A stretch of 64,000 bases of DNA, from contig CBFFSA010000001.1 in the NCBI GenBank assembly GCA_965644495.1, positions 1,922,001 through 1,986,000 on the forward strand, in the 5' to 3' direction. The first letter of the stretch is position 1; every line of letters begins with the position of its first letter. Below the pieces are notes generated by a model. It worked only from the letters and a program-made list of their open reading frames with translations. It was not told the DNA's origin and did no database searches. Below, piece after piece: positions 1 to 11,538 of this stretch. The stretch comes from Perkinsela sp. CCAP 1560/9 (taxonomy: Eukaryota > Protista > Euglenozoa: Kinetoplastea). A program made the position numbers and the translations under genes.

Positions 1-149
1 TTGTTCTGGGGGACACTTCCGAATCTTCGTCTAAATCTATTTCTTGGCGTGGATTTTGTCGCGGAGGGCGTGTGACATGAAGTAGACGACTTCCAAAGTC
101 TTTCTCCTTTATTACGCCCATGCTTTTGAGCATTTCAAGCTGGTGGTTC

Positions 150-812
150 TGTGTTTCACGGGTCGCTGCATTGCCGATGCTTAGCAAATCTTCCTCTTGG
201 ACAAAATGAAGAGATGAGTAGCAGATACGCATCTCCTTTGACCGGGCTGAAGCGCGTAGTAATTCCTTTAGAGCCACTACAACACGTTCACGCATCCTTT
301 TTTTTCCCGCTGATGCATCTGCCTTGTAAGACGCCCACATGTTGGCAAGAAAATTTTTTGCCTCGCGCATCTGCGGCTTGCTGATCGCACGATCTAAGTA
401 CTGTCCAACAGATTATGCAGCACGGACGTACGCCTTTTCCTTCGAAACATTAAATCGCTTTTTAATTAAAACGAGCATGTTCCCAATATGCCCGAACTTA
501 AGCGTGACACCGTTGAAAGTAACTCCAACATAGGCAATATAAGTACGCATGACCCTCTCGTCGTCCATGCCTTCGCACCTAATTTGATCCACTACAGAGG
601 TTGGAAGTCCTTCAACTTCTTGTGGAGTCAAGCACAGTGGGCAGTACTGTGCACCAAGAGGCACAACTACTTGCTTACAGGATACGCAAGGTTCTGTGTC
701 GCTGCCGTCTATGCGACACGCACAAACAAGACAACGCTTTGGTGCAACAAGTGAGACGTTGCGCAAAACCTTACATCTCGGGCACATTTCCTTAGTGGCA
801 GGCTCGGGCATC
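150..812 (-). pseudogene. Cys-rich (four CxxC, double zinc-ribbon-like) ORF interrupted by an in-frame TAA at 413; probably TE-derived
   Basis: CPRC, CLVC, CVSC, CPLC; frame continues protein-like after the stop (SVGQYLDRAISKPQMREAKNFLANMW...). Confidence 0.35.
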
Positions 813-1386
813 GTGCTAAAAAATGCGTTTAAAGACTTCTTAAATAGTACTTCTTTAAGAAATATATATATTGATTGAAGTATGATTGAGGAAAGTTGTA
901 AAACAACTGATTTAAATCCATGAACAAAGGCATAAATTTTGCAAAATAGTGGCAGACGGTGGCAGATGGTGGCAGACAAAACCATACACTTCTGCAGTAC
1001 ATCCAAAGAGGTAATGCCACGGTTCCTTTGTGGGATATTGGGGGGTTGTCTTCTCTTTTGTCATTCCATCCTTCTACGTACTCCCCTTGTTTGACTTTAG
1101 AGGGTCTGGTCTTCATAATGTAGAGGTGTTGACTATATTAAATTAGGCAATAGAGGGGGTACTAGACATAGCTTTCAAATTATCAATTTAGAACACTAAA
1201 AAAAGAAAAAAAAAGAAAAAAAAAACACTATTACTCGTATTTACACGTGCAAAATATACAGAAAATCGGAAAAATGAGGCAAAAAGTGGTTGTGTACACA
1301 GAAAACGTCCAAAAAACAGTGTTTATTTGATCCAGGGGGCACCAGCGGTTCTCTATGAAGAAAAGGCGGCAAAGCTCTTCGCTAGG

Positions 1387-1505
1387 AAGACGAGATCTCT
1401 CCAATGCTGCAAAGATTAGCAAAAACGGATAAAAAAACCAAAATTCCGAGGGGGGGGGGCAAGATCAACTGAAACCACTGTACGTGATCAACTGAAACCA
1501 CTGTA
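1387..1505. mobile_element. Solo terminus of a Tc1/mariner-like element (TIR reads CAGTGGTTTCAGTTGATC inward), terminal 20 nt tandemly duplicated
   Basis: Matches 16560-16659; gatcaactgaaaccactgta at 1463-1482 and 1486-1505; ends in TA. Confidence 0.6.
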
Positions 1506-1585
1506 TGCGTTTGCATTACTTTTTTCTCCGGTTAAATTTTTTTCCATACCTAGTCACTAGAGCTTCTTCATCTAACAGCCCTACG

Positions 1586-2449
1586 ATGTTCCCCTCAGCT
1601 GTATCCCGCGTTGATTTGGCTGACGCACCGCAACCCTCCCCGAAGCGCCGAAAACGAAATGATCACGACTCTCGTCTCAGCGCTGAAATACATGCCGCGG
1701 ATGGTCCAGTTGCCCGCCCCGGTAAAGTGCGAGGTGCAAATTTACCGCAGGAATATGAACTTATGCGACTGATCGCCGGACTTCAGCATCCGCATGCAGC
1801 GTGGAACACATCCACTCCCGCCTGTGAGTGGCCTGGCGTGATGTGCAAAGAGCAAACCATCATCCAGATTGACTGGGGTCATCGCAGCCTTTTTGGATCA
1901 ATGCAGTGGGAATGCCTCCCAAAGAGTTTGGAGAAAATGAAAGCCAACAGTGCTCGTCTGAATGGAACCCTCCCGCTGGACATGATGCCTCCGAATCTCG
2001 TCCTTCTTTACTTGTTCACAAACGAGCTCAGCGGGGAGCTTGATCTGCGACACCTCCCCACCAGTATGCGAAAACTGTGCGTAGGGGACAATAAATTTGA
2101 AGGGGAGGTAGATTTGACACAACTTCCGCCCAACTTCGCGGTGCTGACGCTCCAAATGAACGAACTGTCCGGGGAGATATGTCTCAGTGAGTTTCCCCAA
2201 ACCCTTCGTATTTTGTATATAGGAAACAATGAATTTACGGGGGCGCTGGATCTTTCTCACCTCCCTCCGTTATTGGAAGAGCTTGATGCGCAATACACGG
2301 AGTTTGAGGGAACAGTCTTACTGGACTCTCTTCCCAAAAGCTTAGATACACTTAATCTTGATGGGTGTGCAGTCTGTGGTGAAATCAAAGAGGAGAATGC
2401 ACCCTCTAATTTGAGCATAGACGGTACTGATATCACTGTTTTGGAATAG
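1586..2449 (+). CDS. LRR protein, subfamily A, with NLS-like PKRRKRN in the leader (ORF open from 1505)
   Basis: RPGKVRGANLPQEYEL leader, WNTSTPACEWPGVMC cap, about 7 LRRs of 23 aa; ATG 1586 follows a pyrimidine tract and AG. Confidence 0.9.
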   Translation: MFPSAVSRVDLADAPQPSPKRRKRNDHDSRLSAEIHAADGPVARPGKVRGANLPQEYELMRLIAGLQHPHAAWNTSTPACEWPGVMCKEQTIIQIDWGHRSLFGSMQWECLPKSLEKMKANSARLNGTLPLDMMPPNLVLLYLFTNELSGELDLRHLPTSMRKLCVGDNKFEGEVDLTQLPPNFAVLTLQMNELSGEICLSEFPQTLRILYIGNNEFTGALDLSHLPPLLEELDAQYTEFEGTVLLDSLPKSLDTLNLDGCAVCGEIKEENAPSNLSIDGTDITVLE

Positions 2450-2936
2450 TCCTATTTGGGGATCAGGAAGTTCAAAAGTCCCTCAAAAACCCGCACAGCC
2501 ACATTATAATCTTCTCGGATCCAATTTTGAAAATTCTGATTATAAAAAAATTTACGTCAGCCCTCTTTTCCTTCCTCAGCGCGGAATATACGTGCTTGCA
2601 TCTGTCCCGACAAGAGCACCGAGTTCCGTTAGGTCCTACATAGATAGTATAGCTTCTTTCCGTATTTCCAAGCTCCTGGTATTTTTTTTTCGAAATTCTG
2701 TTTCGTCGCGAAAATGCGTTTGCATGACGTGTCGTGTGATTCCAGACCAGAATTATGTATCCTCAGAAATTGAAATTGAACATTCGGGAAATTGCTTTAC
2801 AGATTTCTTATCGTTTGTATAAATGATTAGACTGCATAAAGTGTCACTGTATCTAATAATGACAGTGGAAAATACGCATATCCAGTAGATTTCAGTAGTG
2901 TAGATTTCACCTTCATTTACGAGCGCGTACTCTTAA

Positions 2937-3770
2937 ATGCTTATGCTAATCGCCATCATATCGGCTTCGGTTTGTCGTGCAGCTGATGACGACGCCAACG
3001 CGGCAGTGCAACACATCCGTCCGGGTAAAATACGAGGAGCCAATTTACCGCAGGAATACGAACTGACACGATTAACTTGCGAGATTGCCAACCCCCCTTC
3101 CTCCTGGAACACATCCACAAAGGCGTCTGATTGGATGGGCGTGAGTTGTGATGAGAATTCGCGTGTGACAAGGATAAACTGGAGCTATATGGATCTCATC
3201 GGCACGCTGCAATGGGATTACCTGTGCAGTACGCTACAAGAATTTCAGGTATGGCAGAACGGTTTCTCTGGAAATGTACCGCTTAATAAATTGCCCGCAG
3301 AAATGACCAAACTAGAGATATCATGCAATGCCTTTTCTGGAGAGTTGGATTTTTCGCATCTTCCCGAAAAAATGGATACAATTATATTAACCCAAAACAA
3401 CTTTGAGGGGTGCGTGGACCTGACCCGTTTGCCTGAAGCTTTGACGTTTTTTAATATCAATGAAAACAACTTTTCCCGGTCTGTGTGCTTGAGTAACTTG
3501 CCTAGCAACCTGAGACTCCTGGGACTTGCAAGGAACCATTTTACGGGACCCCTTGACCTCCAACATTTGCCTCCCTCTCTCCAAGTGTTTGAGGGCCATG
3601 GAAATCTATTCAGTGGTATTGTGCTCCTCGACTGTCTTCCGGAAGGACTGCGTAAGCTTACTTTGGAAGAAAATACGAAACTGGTCGGCGAAATTGATAA
3701 AGACGTTATTCCCACATCTTTGCGACATATTCGTGTGGACGGTACACAAATATCTACCAACATTGAATAA
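2937..3770 (+). CDS. LRR protein, subfamily A, hydrophobic N-terminus
   Basis: RPGKIRGANLPQEYEL; 7 LRRs of 23 aa, e.g. LPAEMTKLEISCNAFSGELDFSH. Confidence 0.92.
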   Translation: MLMLIAIISASVCRAADDDANAAVQHIRPGKIRGANLPQEYELTRLTCEIANPPSSWNTSTKASDWMGVSCDENSRVTRINWSYMDLIGTLQWDYLCSTLQEFQVWQNGFSGNVPLNKLPAEMTKLEISCNAFSGELDFSHLPEKMDTIILTQNNFEGCVDLTRLPEALTFFNINENNFSRSVCLSNLPSNLRLLGLARNHFTGPLDLQHLPPSLQVFEGHGNLFSGIVLLDCLPEGLRKLTLEENTKLVGEIDKDVIPTSLRHIRVDGTQISTNIE

Positions 3771-4578
3771 ATAGATTTCCTTCTACACGTATGTGTACAA
3801 AATGTCGCAACATTCAAAGTCGACCGTTTTTAGACTACCTGTTTCGCATCGTGGCGTTCGACAGTCAGCTTTTTTTGATCAGCTTTTTTCGCCTAGGTAA
3901 GTACCTGTACCTTATTTTCAGTTGATAAAATTTATCAATGATTTATTATATCATTCTATCGTCCTTATTTTTGCTTTTCTTTGAGTAAAGAGTATTGGGC
4001 TTTGCGCTATATTATGTATCCCGCTATGTTATGGTATAGAAGGCCCTCCCGTAGGCTCTCCGTACGTATCCCCCCAATAAGGGAGTGGTTTTAGGTCAAA
4101 TCTCTCTTACTTATGCTTTTCTCCCCAACTTGTTTGACAACTTTTCCTTATTCTTTTCTCTCAAAACGTGTTAAAAAGCTTATTTCGGTACCCCCGAGGC
4201 CCCATAAAACTTCGTTCCTTCTTCCCGATAAGATTCCGTTTCTCCTCGAAAATGAATTTTATCTTTTCGCATACGGTTGGCGGCTTCCACTGTGCTTCCT
4301 CAGGCGCGGGGACCTACTCCTTGCTATGACTGATCGAGGGCTCACCAAAGGCATCGGACCCGGCCGCCCTTCTATACGCTGAAGAACATGCATTCGCAAC
4401 GGCCGGAGAGCTCTCATGCTGATGCACGACCAAGTGTAACACCGACAGCAACAAATGTCATTCTAATAGAATGACAATAATAGAATCTATTCTTTCTTTC
4501 GACAGAGAGGTGACTTTCGGTTACATTCAAGAATATTTAGCCTTTTCACCTTTTCCGCAATTTTACATTTCTCACGCT

Positions 4579-5370
4579 ATGGATCTTCCGGACCGCAGAA
4601 TCACAGAGAAACGTCCCAGTAAAGTACGAGGAGCCCAATTACCTCAAGAATACGAACTCTCACAATTTATTCAACACATACACAAGACGAAGACCACATG
4701 GAATACATCCAATCCCGCATGTGAGTGGGAAGGCGTTACGTGTGATGAAGAGTTAAATGTCATGGAGGTGAATTGGGGCTTTATGTTTCTTTCCGGATCC
4801 CCTTCTTGGGGGGATCTGTGCCGCACAGTACGTAATTTTTCTGTGTGGGAAAACGGACTTACTGGAGGGGTATCATTTAGTGAGCTGCCTCCAGGACTGA
4901 GCTATCTGCAGCTCTCGACCAATGCTTTTTCGGGAGAATTGGATCTGACTCATTTGCCGGCCCGCCTGGAGTCACTTTTGCTGAAAGATAATAAGTTTGA
5001 AGGAAATGTTGATCTAACCCATTTGCCCTCCACCTTGAGAAAGCTCTGTATGAGCGAGAACCAAATTTCCGGGAAAGTAAATCTTACCGGGCTGCCGAGA
5101 AAATTGAGCGATTTATCTTTTCCGGATAACAAACTAACGGGACCTCTGGACTTAGAGCATTTGCCTCCCTCGCTCGTACATCTGGATTGTGAAAATAATA
5201 ACTTTACTGGCGTTGCCAAGTTTGATCGTCTTCCTCGAAGTTTCGAAATACTTCGGGTTACGAACAACCCTATGCTGTCCGGATATGTTGAAACGTCAAA
5301 GTTGCCAAAGACGTTGAAATGTATTTGGGTTGGAAATACTCGCATAACTTCAAACATAAAACGTGCGTAA
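4579..5370 (+). CDS. LRR protein, subfamily A (ORF open from 4471; start uncertain)
   Basis: RPSKVRGAQLPQEYEL, ACEWEGVTC cap, 7 LRRs. Confidence 0.9.
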   Translation: MDLPDRRITEKRPSKVRGAQLPQEYELSQFIQHIHKTKTTWNTSNPACEWEGVTCDEELNVMEVNWGFMFLSGSPSWGDLCRTVRNFSVWENGLTGGVSFSELPPGLSYLQLSTNAFSGELDLTHLPARLESLLLKDNKFEGNVDLTHLPSTLRKLCMSENQISGKVNLTGLPRKLSDLSFPDNKLTGPLDLEHLPPSLVHLDCENNNFTGVAKFDRLPRSFEILRVTNNPMLSGYVETSKLPKTLKCIWVGNTRITSNIKRA

Positions 5371-5662
5371 TTTTGTACAATCTACATCGCTACTTTTATT
5401 TCATCTTAATTACAAAATGTTTTCTTGTCTAGAAAGGGGTCCGTGTTATCATATCCAGTACACCAATATTCTTGCATATCCAGTGCACCAAAAAAATTGG
5501 AAAAAGAAGCCCGTTCACAGGTGTCAAACATTTTTTCATATTCAGTGCACCAAGATTATTTATAAAAAAGAACTTTATTGAGCAGTAAAATGATGGGTAT
5601 AAATTCATACATGGAACTGGCATCAGACATCAGAAAAGATGACTTGGAAACTTAAACAAGTA

Positions 5663-6246
5663 CTGTACCCCCCCTAGTTATCTGTCGCTACTTTCCGAGA
5701 AAAGGTGAGAGATAACTAGGGGGGTAGCGGTGCGACAGATAACTAAGGGGGTCCGTCGCCAAAAAAAGCGAGGGAACGAAATGTTACAGAAACGGTATCT
5801 TTATTGCCTAGGAAGATTCCTTTTTACCCCAACGGGGTACTATAAGCTGAAGACATGCGTCTACGGGTTAAAAGAAGCCCAGAGAGTAATTCACACACAT
5901 TTTATTGGGTTAAAATATTGATTACGTTACATCCATGGGTTAAAGTAAAACTTCGGGAGCCATCGGACTCCAATCACATGATGGAGGGGATACCGAAGCG
6001 GACGATGATGGGGATGATGAAGGGGATGATGATCCAGTTTTCCAATTTTGACCGTAGAACGCCACGCAAAACCATTACCCTAAAAGCAGAACAGAAACGA
6101 AATTAAAGTCTCGCTTCCAATTTTATAAATTTTTAGAAAGGCGACAGATAACTAGGGGGGATCGACAAAAAAAATATTCGAAGGGCCGAAAAACTACAGA
6201 TAACTAGGGGGGGGTGGGGGGGTGACAGATAACTAGGGGGGTACAG
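5663..6246. mobile_element. MITE with TA flanks and repeated cagataactaggggg subterminal motifs
   Basis: TA|ctgtacccccctagttatctgtc ... gacagataactagggggggtacag|TA. Confidence 0.85.
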
Positions 6247-6317
6247 TATATTGATGAGAAACGAAACATTAGTCTCGACCTTCCAGAAATACGACTTTCT
6301 TCTTTTATGCTTTCGAC

Positions 6318-7277
6318 TTACCTACATAACGTCACTCTTCAAACTTTAACAAACAGGTTTTCGAATTTCTTCGGACATTCTCACCGTACAACCTTTCTCG
6401 GCCGCTTGTTCAACTTTTTTGCTGTCTTGGTGACCTCCGCGAGGCTGAGAAAATCAAAAGAGTCGGTCGCCTTGTGGTATTGATGAATTAGACCATTCAT
6501 GTTTTCCACCGCTCCGTTTTCCCATGAATGGTACGGAGCGCGGAAATATGAATTGCAACGAAGCTTTTCATGCACCCGTTCATGTTTCGAAAATTATGTC
6601 CCGTTGTCGTATGTAATGGTACAAACTTTATACTTGTTTAACTCCTTTATAATTTGAAACTTCGTCCGCATGCTTTGATCGTAGCACACGTCGCACAACG
6701 AACCGACTCTTTCTCTAACACAAGGTCAGAATGTACCCTGAGTGATTTTTTCCTTCTACTAGGTCCGCTTCCCAATCCCCATACCGACGCCTCTTGTTAA
6801 CTATCTGAGGGCGAAGACGGATGGGGACTCTGTTTGGGATCGTTGGGCGACCTCAATTGAAGCGACGCCTATAAGGACGCTTGCCACGAATCCGAAGGGA
6901 CTTGGAGAGCTTCCCGCTGTCGTCTTTGTCGCGTGCCACATGACGATAAATAGTGGTCACAGACGGTGAAGCCTGTCAGCCAACAACTAAGGTGTTGGCT
7001 ACCTGTTCGGGGCTGTGAAGTTGTCCTAAGCACTTCCTCCATAGACCCACGGATAAACCGGGGACGCACAGCCTTGCTTACCAGGCGGCGCTTTGACATT
7101 GTGTGCGCGGCTGACTTCGTAACACCGACCCCGTTTCTTGTTACGGGCCAGCTCACGGCTAACGGTGTTATGGGATTTACCGATAGCAGTGCCAATCTCA
7201 CGCCATGTCGCGCCTGCCTCAAACATCTCTTGTATGGTGACTCTGTCTCTTTGCCCGAGCCTCTGATATTTTGACAT
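6318..7277 (-). pseudogene. IS30-family transposase, frameshifted and with stops
   Basis: N-terminal HTH YQRLGQRDRVTI...IGKSHNTVSRELARN; core IPNRVPIRLRP...GDWEADLVEG; C-terminal PYHSWENGAVENMNGLIHQY...LNKRPRK; ends VTLCR*. Confidence 0.88.
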
Positions 7278-7301
7278 GAGGAATAAAGAAAAAAACAATT
7301 A

Positions 7302-7613
7302 CTATCCCCCCCTATTTAATAGGGCTACGTGTCACCCCCCCTTTAGTAGGGCTATTTTGTCTGGAAGGCCAAAAAAAATTCGGGGAAAGTGCCAATAAAT
7401 TGTCGAATGCGCCGCGAAGCGGCGGTTTTTTTTTCCGTATCTACTCCAACAACCACAAGTGTATCAAAAGGGAGCAGGAGCTTGTTTCACAACGATAAAA
7501 AAGGCGCTGCGAAGCGGCGCCGATTTTTTTTCTTTCACATTATTTTCCATGCCCTCCCCCTTTATTAGGGACTTTTGCCCAAAATCGGAGTCCTATTAAA
7601 TAGGGGGGGGTAG
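7302..7613. mobile_element. MITE with TA flanks, containing two GCGAAGC mini-hairpins
   Basis: TA|ctatcccccctatttaatagg ... cctattaaatagggggggtag|TA. Confidence 0.8.
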
Positions 7614-8074
7614 TAGAGTACTGGTATGTGTATACTTGGAGTATACAGTATAGATATTGGGATTATAAAAATATTAGTAGAATAAAATTTACAAAAACAG
7701 ACTTTTGGTGCACTGGATATGATAATCCACCCTCTTCAGGTTCCAGTCCATGACGCTCGCCCAAGCGAGCAATCGCCGTGCCTCGCTTAATAATGTGAGC
7801 TACATTCTGTATATCTTTTGTTTTCGAAGAAATAGGAAAGACCTGAAGAGCACATTAAGCAGTTTCTCATGGATATCGCTCCTCTCAATACCGAAGATCC
7901 CTGGTTGCCGAAGATCCCAGACCGAAGATCCCTGGTTGGGATAGGAAATTCAATCCAATTCTCGGGCGGAATTTTAGCCATGCAGCACATCAACGTAAGT
8001 AGCCAACAATATTCATTCTACAGAATTGCATCGACATGAAACGTCATTCTAACGTCGAAACTGTGTCTATGGAG

Positions 8075-8300
8075 GGGGGCATACCGCACGAAATTTCTTT
8101 TTGAAATTATTTCTTTCGAAATTTCTTTTTGAAAAAATTAGTTTTCGAAAAGAAAGCCGCAGAGGGGGTAGCCGAGGGCTTGGCGCACATTTTCCACCCC
8201 CTTACACGGGGGTGACCCCCCCCCGAGTACCCGCAGGACGGGTTAGCCAAGTACGGATTAGTTAGGAATAAAAAACTAATAAAAAATTCGAGGAGGGGCG
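8075..8300. repeat. Internal arm of the foldback element family seen at 33201-34109 and 44545-44860
   Basis: ggggggcataccgca...ggggtagccg...cttggcgc.cattt.ccacccc...ccgcaggacgggt shared among the three sites. Confidence 0.75.
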
Positions 8301-8379
8301 GCATCCCTCGTAGTCTGATGCGCAACTATCGGAACTGACTTCTTCAAATTCTTCGTGGGTGGGAAATCCTTAGTTGTCC

Positions 8380-8814
8380 TTAATGCACTTCATGATGTTC
8401 ACGAAGCGACTCTCTCGAGACTGTTCGCTGCCATCGTGGGTATCCCCATACTTTACGCTCCGCAGTGCGATGTTTCGCTGCAACCAACGTTGTCGCCCCA
8501 AAATTATAGTGTTGGAGTCGTACCCAACACTTAATAGTGCTGTGGACACTCTCAGCACCATTAGTACGGTACCCCTTCTCGTTCACAAACTCCCTACTAT
8601 GATTCACGGAGTAGCGGCAACAAACTTGGTCCAAACCATTATAAGCCCCCCAATAGTCGGTCACTACCACGGATCGCGCACTGGCATGATGGGGAATGAT
8701 GAAGCCATGTAAGGTAGGCGTATCACGACGATTCACCAATTTCCAATGGGTCCGCCCCGTTTTGCCAGTATCACGAGGTTCCGTGGCGGTTGATACGTCC
8801 CGATACCTTTTCAT
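8380..8814 (-). pseudogene. Merlin/IS1595-family DDE transposase C-terminal fragment
   Basis: VVTDYWGAY...VNHSREFVNEKGYRTNGAES motif. Confidence 0.85.
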
Positions 8815-9206
8815 GTATTTACTTTTTTTTATAAAGTGGATCAGTGTTCTACTAGGATCTATTCATTTGTCGTTTTTCAAGGTTTGTAAAGAGCACAAAA
8901 ACGTTACAAAACTTAACGGGGCAATTTTTTTGAAAAAATCAAACGTTTTCCGCACTTTTGTCCCTATCACCCTTAGAGGTCAGAGCAAAAAATCGAAAAA
9001 TAATTAAATTTTAATTCGTAATCCAGAAAAGGGTAAAAAGTAGGTGTTCAGTAGGGAGTGCTACGTGCTACAGTATCGTATCCTATGTATTGTAGCTTAC
9101 TGCAGCAAATCAGCTTGTATACTTGCACTTGTTAGCATATTTGTTGAAGCACATTTATTTTGCAGTTGCAACGGAGATACGACTTAGAGATATATCAGTT
9201 TTACCC

Positions 9207-10055
9207 ATGCGTGTGGCGCTTTTTGCAGATTCTTCTCGGAAACCACAAAAAGCAACGCGTTCGCTCTTACCTCAAGAAGTTCAGCTCTCTGCGTTTGTGT
9301 CGAACTTTTCCAAAACACATAAGACGTGGAACGCTCACGTACAAGCATGTGAGTGGAGTGGGGTAACGTGCGATACGCATAAAAGGGTCGTTACTGTGTC
9401 CTGGTGCGGGCGTGCCCTCCGTGGCGACCCTTCCTGGTGCCATTTACCCGACAGCATTCATACGTTAGAGCTGGGGAGACTTAATTATGGTTGCGGAAAT
9501 CAACTCTCGGGACCGATTCCCACCGCCTTGTTTCCCCATCCCTCTGTACGGATTGCTCTGGACTATAATGTGCTATGCGGGAAAGTTGAGCTTCACGACC
9601 TTCCCGTGAATCTGCAAAGTTTTGACATAAGTGGGAATGCTTTGGAAGGAGAGCTTGCGTTAGAGCAGCTGCCAACGTCCATTAGTATGTTTAACGCCGC
9701 AAACGCGGGATTCAGTGGCGGGATCTCATTATCATTGATGCCGGCAAATATTAAAAAGTTGGTTATTTCTCTCAACCGATTAAGTGGTGAAGTGGATCTT
9801 CACGATCTCCCCACGAGCTTAGCTGAGCTCTACCTGCATAAAAATAATTTCTCGGGGGCGGTCGATCTTAGCCGCCTTCCCTCTAATTTGGAGCGGTTGA
9901 CAATTGACACGAATCATTTTTCTGGAGTCCTTGATCTGTCTAGCCTCCCAAAGAATCTAAAGTATTTGAATTATGCCGAGAACAAGTTCGATCATGTAAT
10001 TGTAAACGATGATAAGGAACATCATTTTAAAACGGGTTTGGTAACGACAAAGTGA
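9207..10055 (+). CDS. LRR protein, divergent member with 8 LRRs
   Basis: MRVALFADSSRKPQKATRSLLPQE leader, ACEWSGVTC cap; first ATG at 9207. Confidence 0.9.
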   Translation: MRVALFADSSRKPQKATRSLLPQEVQLSAFVSNFSKTHKTWNAHVQACEWSGVTCDTHKRVVTVSWCGRALRGDPSWCHLPDSIHTLELGRLNYGCGNQLSGPIPTALFPHPSVRIALDYNVLCGKVELHDLPVNLQSFDISGNALEGELALEQLPTSISMFNAANAGFSGGISLSLMPANIKKLVISLNRLSGEVDLHDLPTSLAELYLHKNNFSGAVDLSRLPSNLERLTIDTNHFSGVLDLSSLPKNLKYLNYAENKFDHVIVNDDKEHHFKTGLVTTK

Positions 10056-10436
10056 TGATTATTGTTGACTATGCTGTAATCCCCGACATTAATGCAGTCA
10101 GTAAAACCGCTTTCGATTTTGATTGTTTATTCTTAGTTTTGTGCGCTAACATTGAGTAAATACCAACGTTGCGCTAGTGATGCGTGCTAGTAGTGTACCC
10201 GTCCGCAGATCTGCATCTGGGTGTGGGTAGCGGAGAGAGGTTCGATAGTGGGAGGGGGGGTTCACTGACGTCGAGACCCACGCTTTCGTTTGAGCTCGAG
10301 AAAGCGCAAAACTGAATAACAATCCGGTGTAATTCTTGGAGGAAGGACGAATGGAGCTCTGAAGCGGGGGTCCTTTGTTGTGTAGCAATACCGGAAGCGC
10401 CCGAACCGCTCTCTTCATCTGAATCAAGCTCTGAAG

Positions 10437-10645
10437 ATGAGTGACCCCGGACCCAAAGCGATCAAAGCGGAACGAGCGGCACAAGATGACGGCGAAGCCT
10501 TTGTCTGGGCATTTCAATTCGGCTTATTGCCCGCCAAACTGTCCACACGAACATGCGGATGTTCTCACAGACCCCCTTAAACAAAAAATACACTTTATGT
10601 GCACTACAGAGGGTTGCGCGTTTCAATTGCATTACCATTAAGCAT
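10437..10645 (+). pseudogene. Possible Merlin-type N-terminal zinc-ribbon fragment
   Basis: Frame-shifted reading AFVWAFQFGLL...CGC...FMCTTEGC resembles 48325-48645. Confidence 0.35.
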
Positions 10646-10829
10646 GTCCGCGAGTGTCGTGAGGGCAAACAGGAACTTGGCGACTAGGAGAGGTCAGTGG
10701 GGTGAGGGGAGGCGTGATTTCGGAATTTGCACTTTTCAAGGTGTGAGACCTGCCTTACCCTCGTAATTTTTACTACATGAACTGCAGATGAAGCGATCTT
10801 GTTCATCCCACCACTGTTCACAAACCGCG

Positions 10830-11053
10830 TCATCGTGTCGGAGGGCGACGTGATTGTAGAAGGCCTTTCACTGCCCTCCATGGGACGTTGTACTCCAAGC
10901 GCATCCGTCCGCGGGACGAACACGAGATTCTGTGGGCATGAAGAGAGGAAGTGTGGTTGCGGAGAGATTACTTGAATGGAGAAGAAACGATCGTCGTGCC
11001 GAATACGGGGTATCGGGTCCCGGATTCTGTTCCACTCCGCCTCGCACGAGTTC
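10830..11053 (-). pseudogene. Non-LTR-retrotransposon-like N-terminal fragment: 2A-like motif followed by a degenerate C2H2 finger
   Basis: ELVRGGVEQNPGP (GGVEQNPGP at 11041-11015), then PADGC...*KAFYNHVALRH in the same frame. Confidence 0.55.
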
Positions 11054-11432
11054 GTTTTTTTTTTTTAAATTGACCAAATAAAACAATTATTTGGTTTAGG
11101 GGATAGAAAAGGGGGTAAACGGATGAAGGATGGATTTTTCCCTCTATGGAATGTGATACTGTTTCTGTAGCTACAACTTGCTCAGCAAAGTTGGCACACT
11201 CATCGAGCTTCATTGTAGTACGGGATCGTATGGTTGGTTGGCAAATCAGGGTGAAAGCGGGTAAATGGGTCAATGACCCGGGTAAATTACCCCCGTTTAC
11301 CGCAATGTAGGTAATTACCCATTTACCCGACAGGGATATGAAATTTGGGTTAAAATTTCGCAATTCTCGCCGAAACATCGAGCCCTTTTACCCCCAAAAA
11401 TAGGTTGTTCATGATTTTTTCACGATTTTTAT

Positions 11433-11538
11433 TTTTTAGTGGCTTCGTTAAACGCGGAGGTAGTTTTCAACGCGAAGCGCGCAGCATGAGTGACTTCTAA
11501 GTTGAAAACAACCACCGCGTTTAGCGAAGCCACTAAAA
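11433..11538. repeat. About 100-bp palindromic hairpin repeat, copy 1 of 5
   Basis: Arms tagtggcttcgttaaacgcgg / ccgcgtttagcgaagccacta around the conserved core gcgaagcgcgcagcatgagtgacttcta. Confidence 0.85.

Larger units (their letters stand above)
5446..7725. mobile_element. TIR-bounded element enclosing the IS30-like gene and two nested MITEs
   Basis: ttatcatatccagtacacca (5446-5465) is inverted to tggtgcactggatatgataa (7706-7725); two more subterminal copies near 5476 and 5537. Confidence 0.55.

Noticed and set aside
413-415. Stop-codon reassignment suggested by in-frame stops in TE ORFs
   Set aside because: LRR genes end at TAA, TAG and TGA at comparable positions, and the TE relics also contain frameshifts
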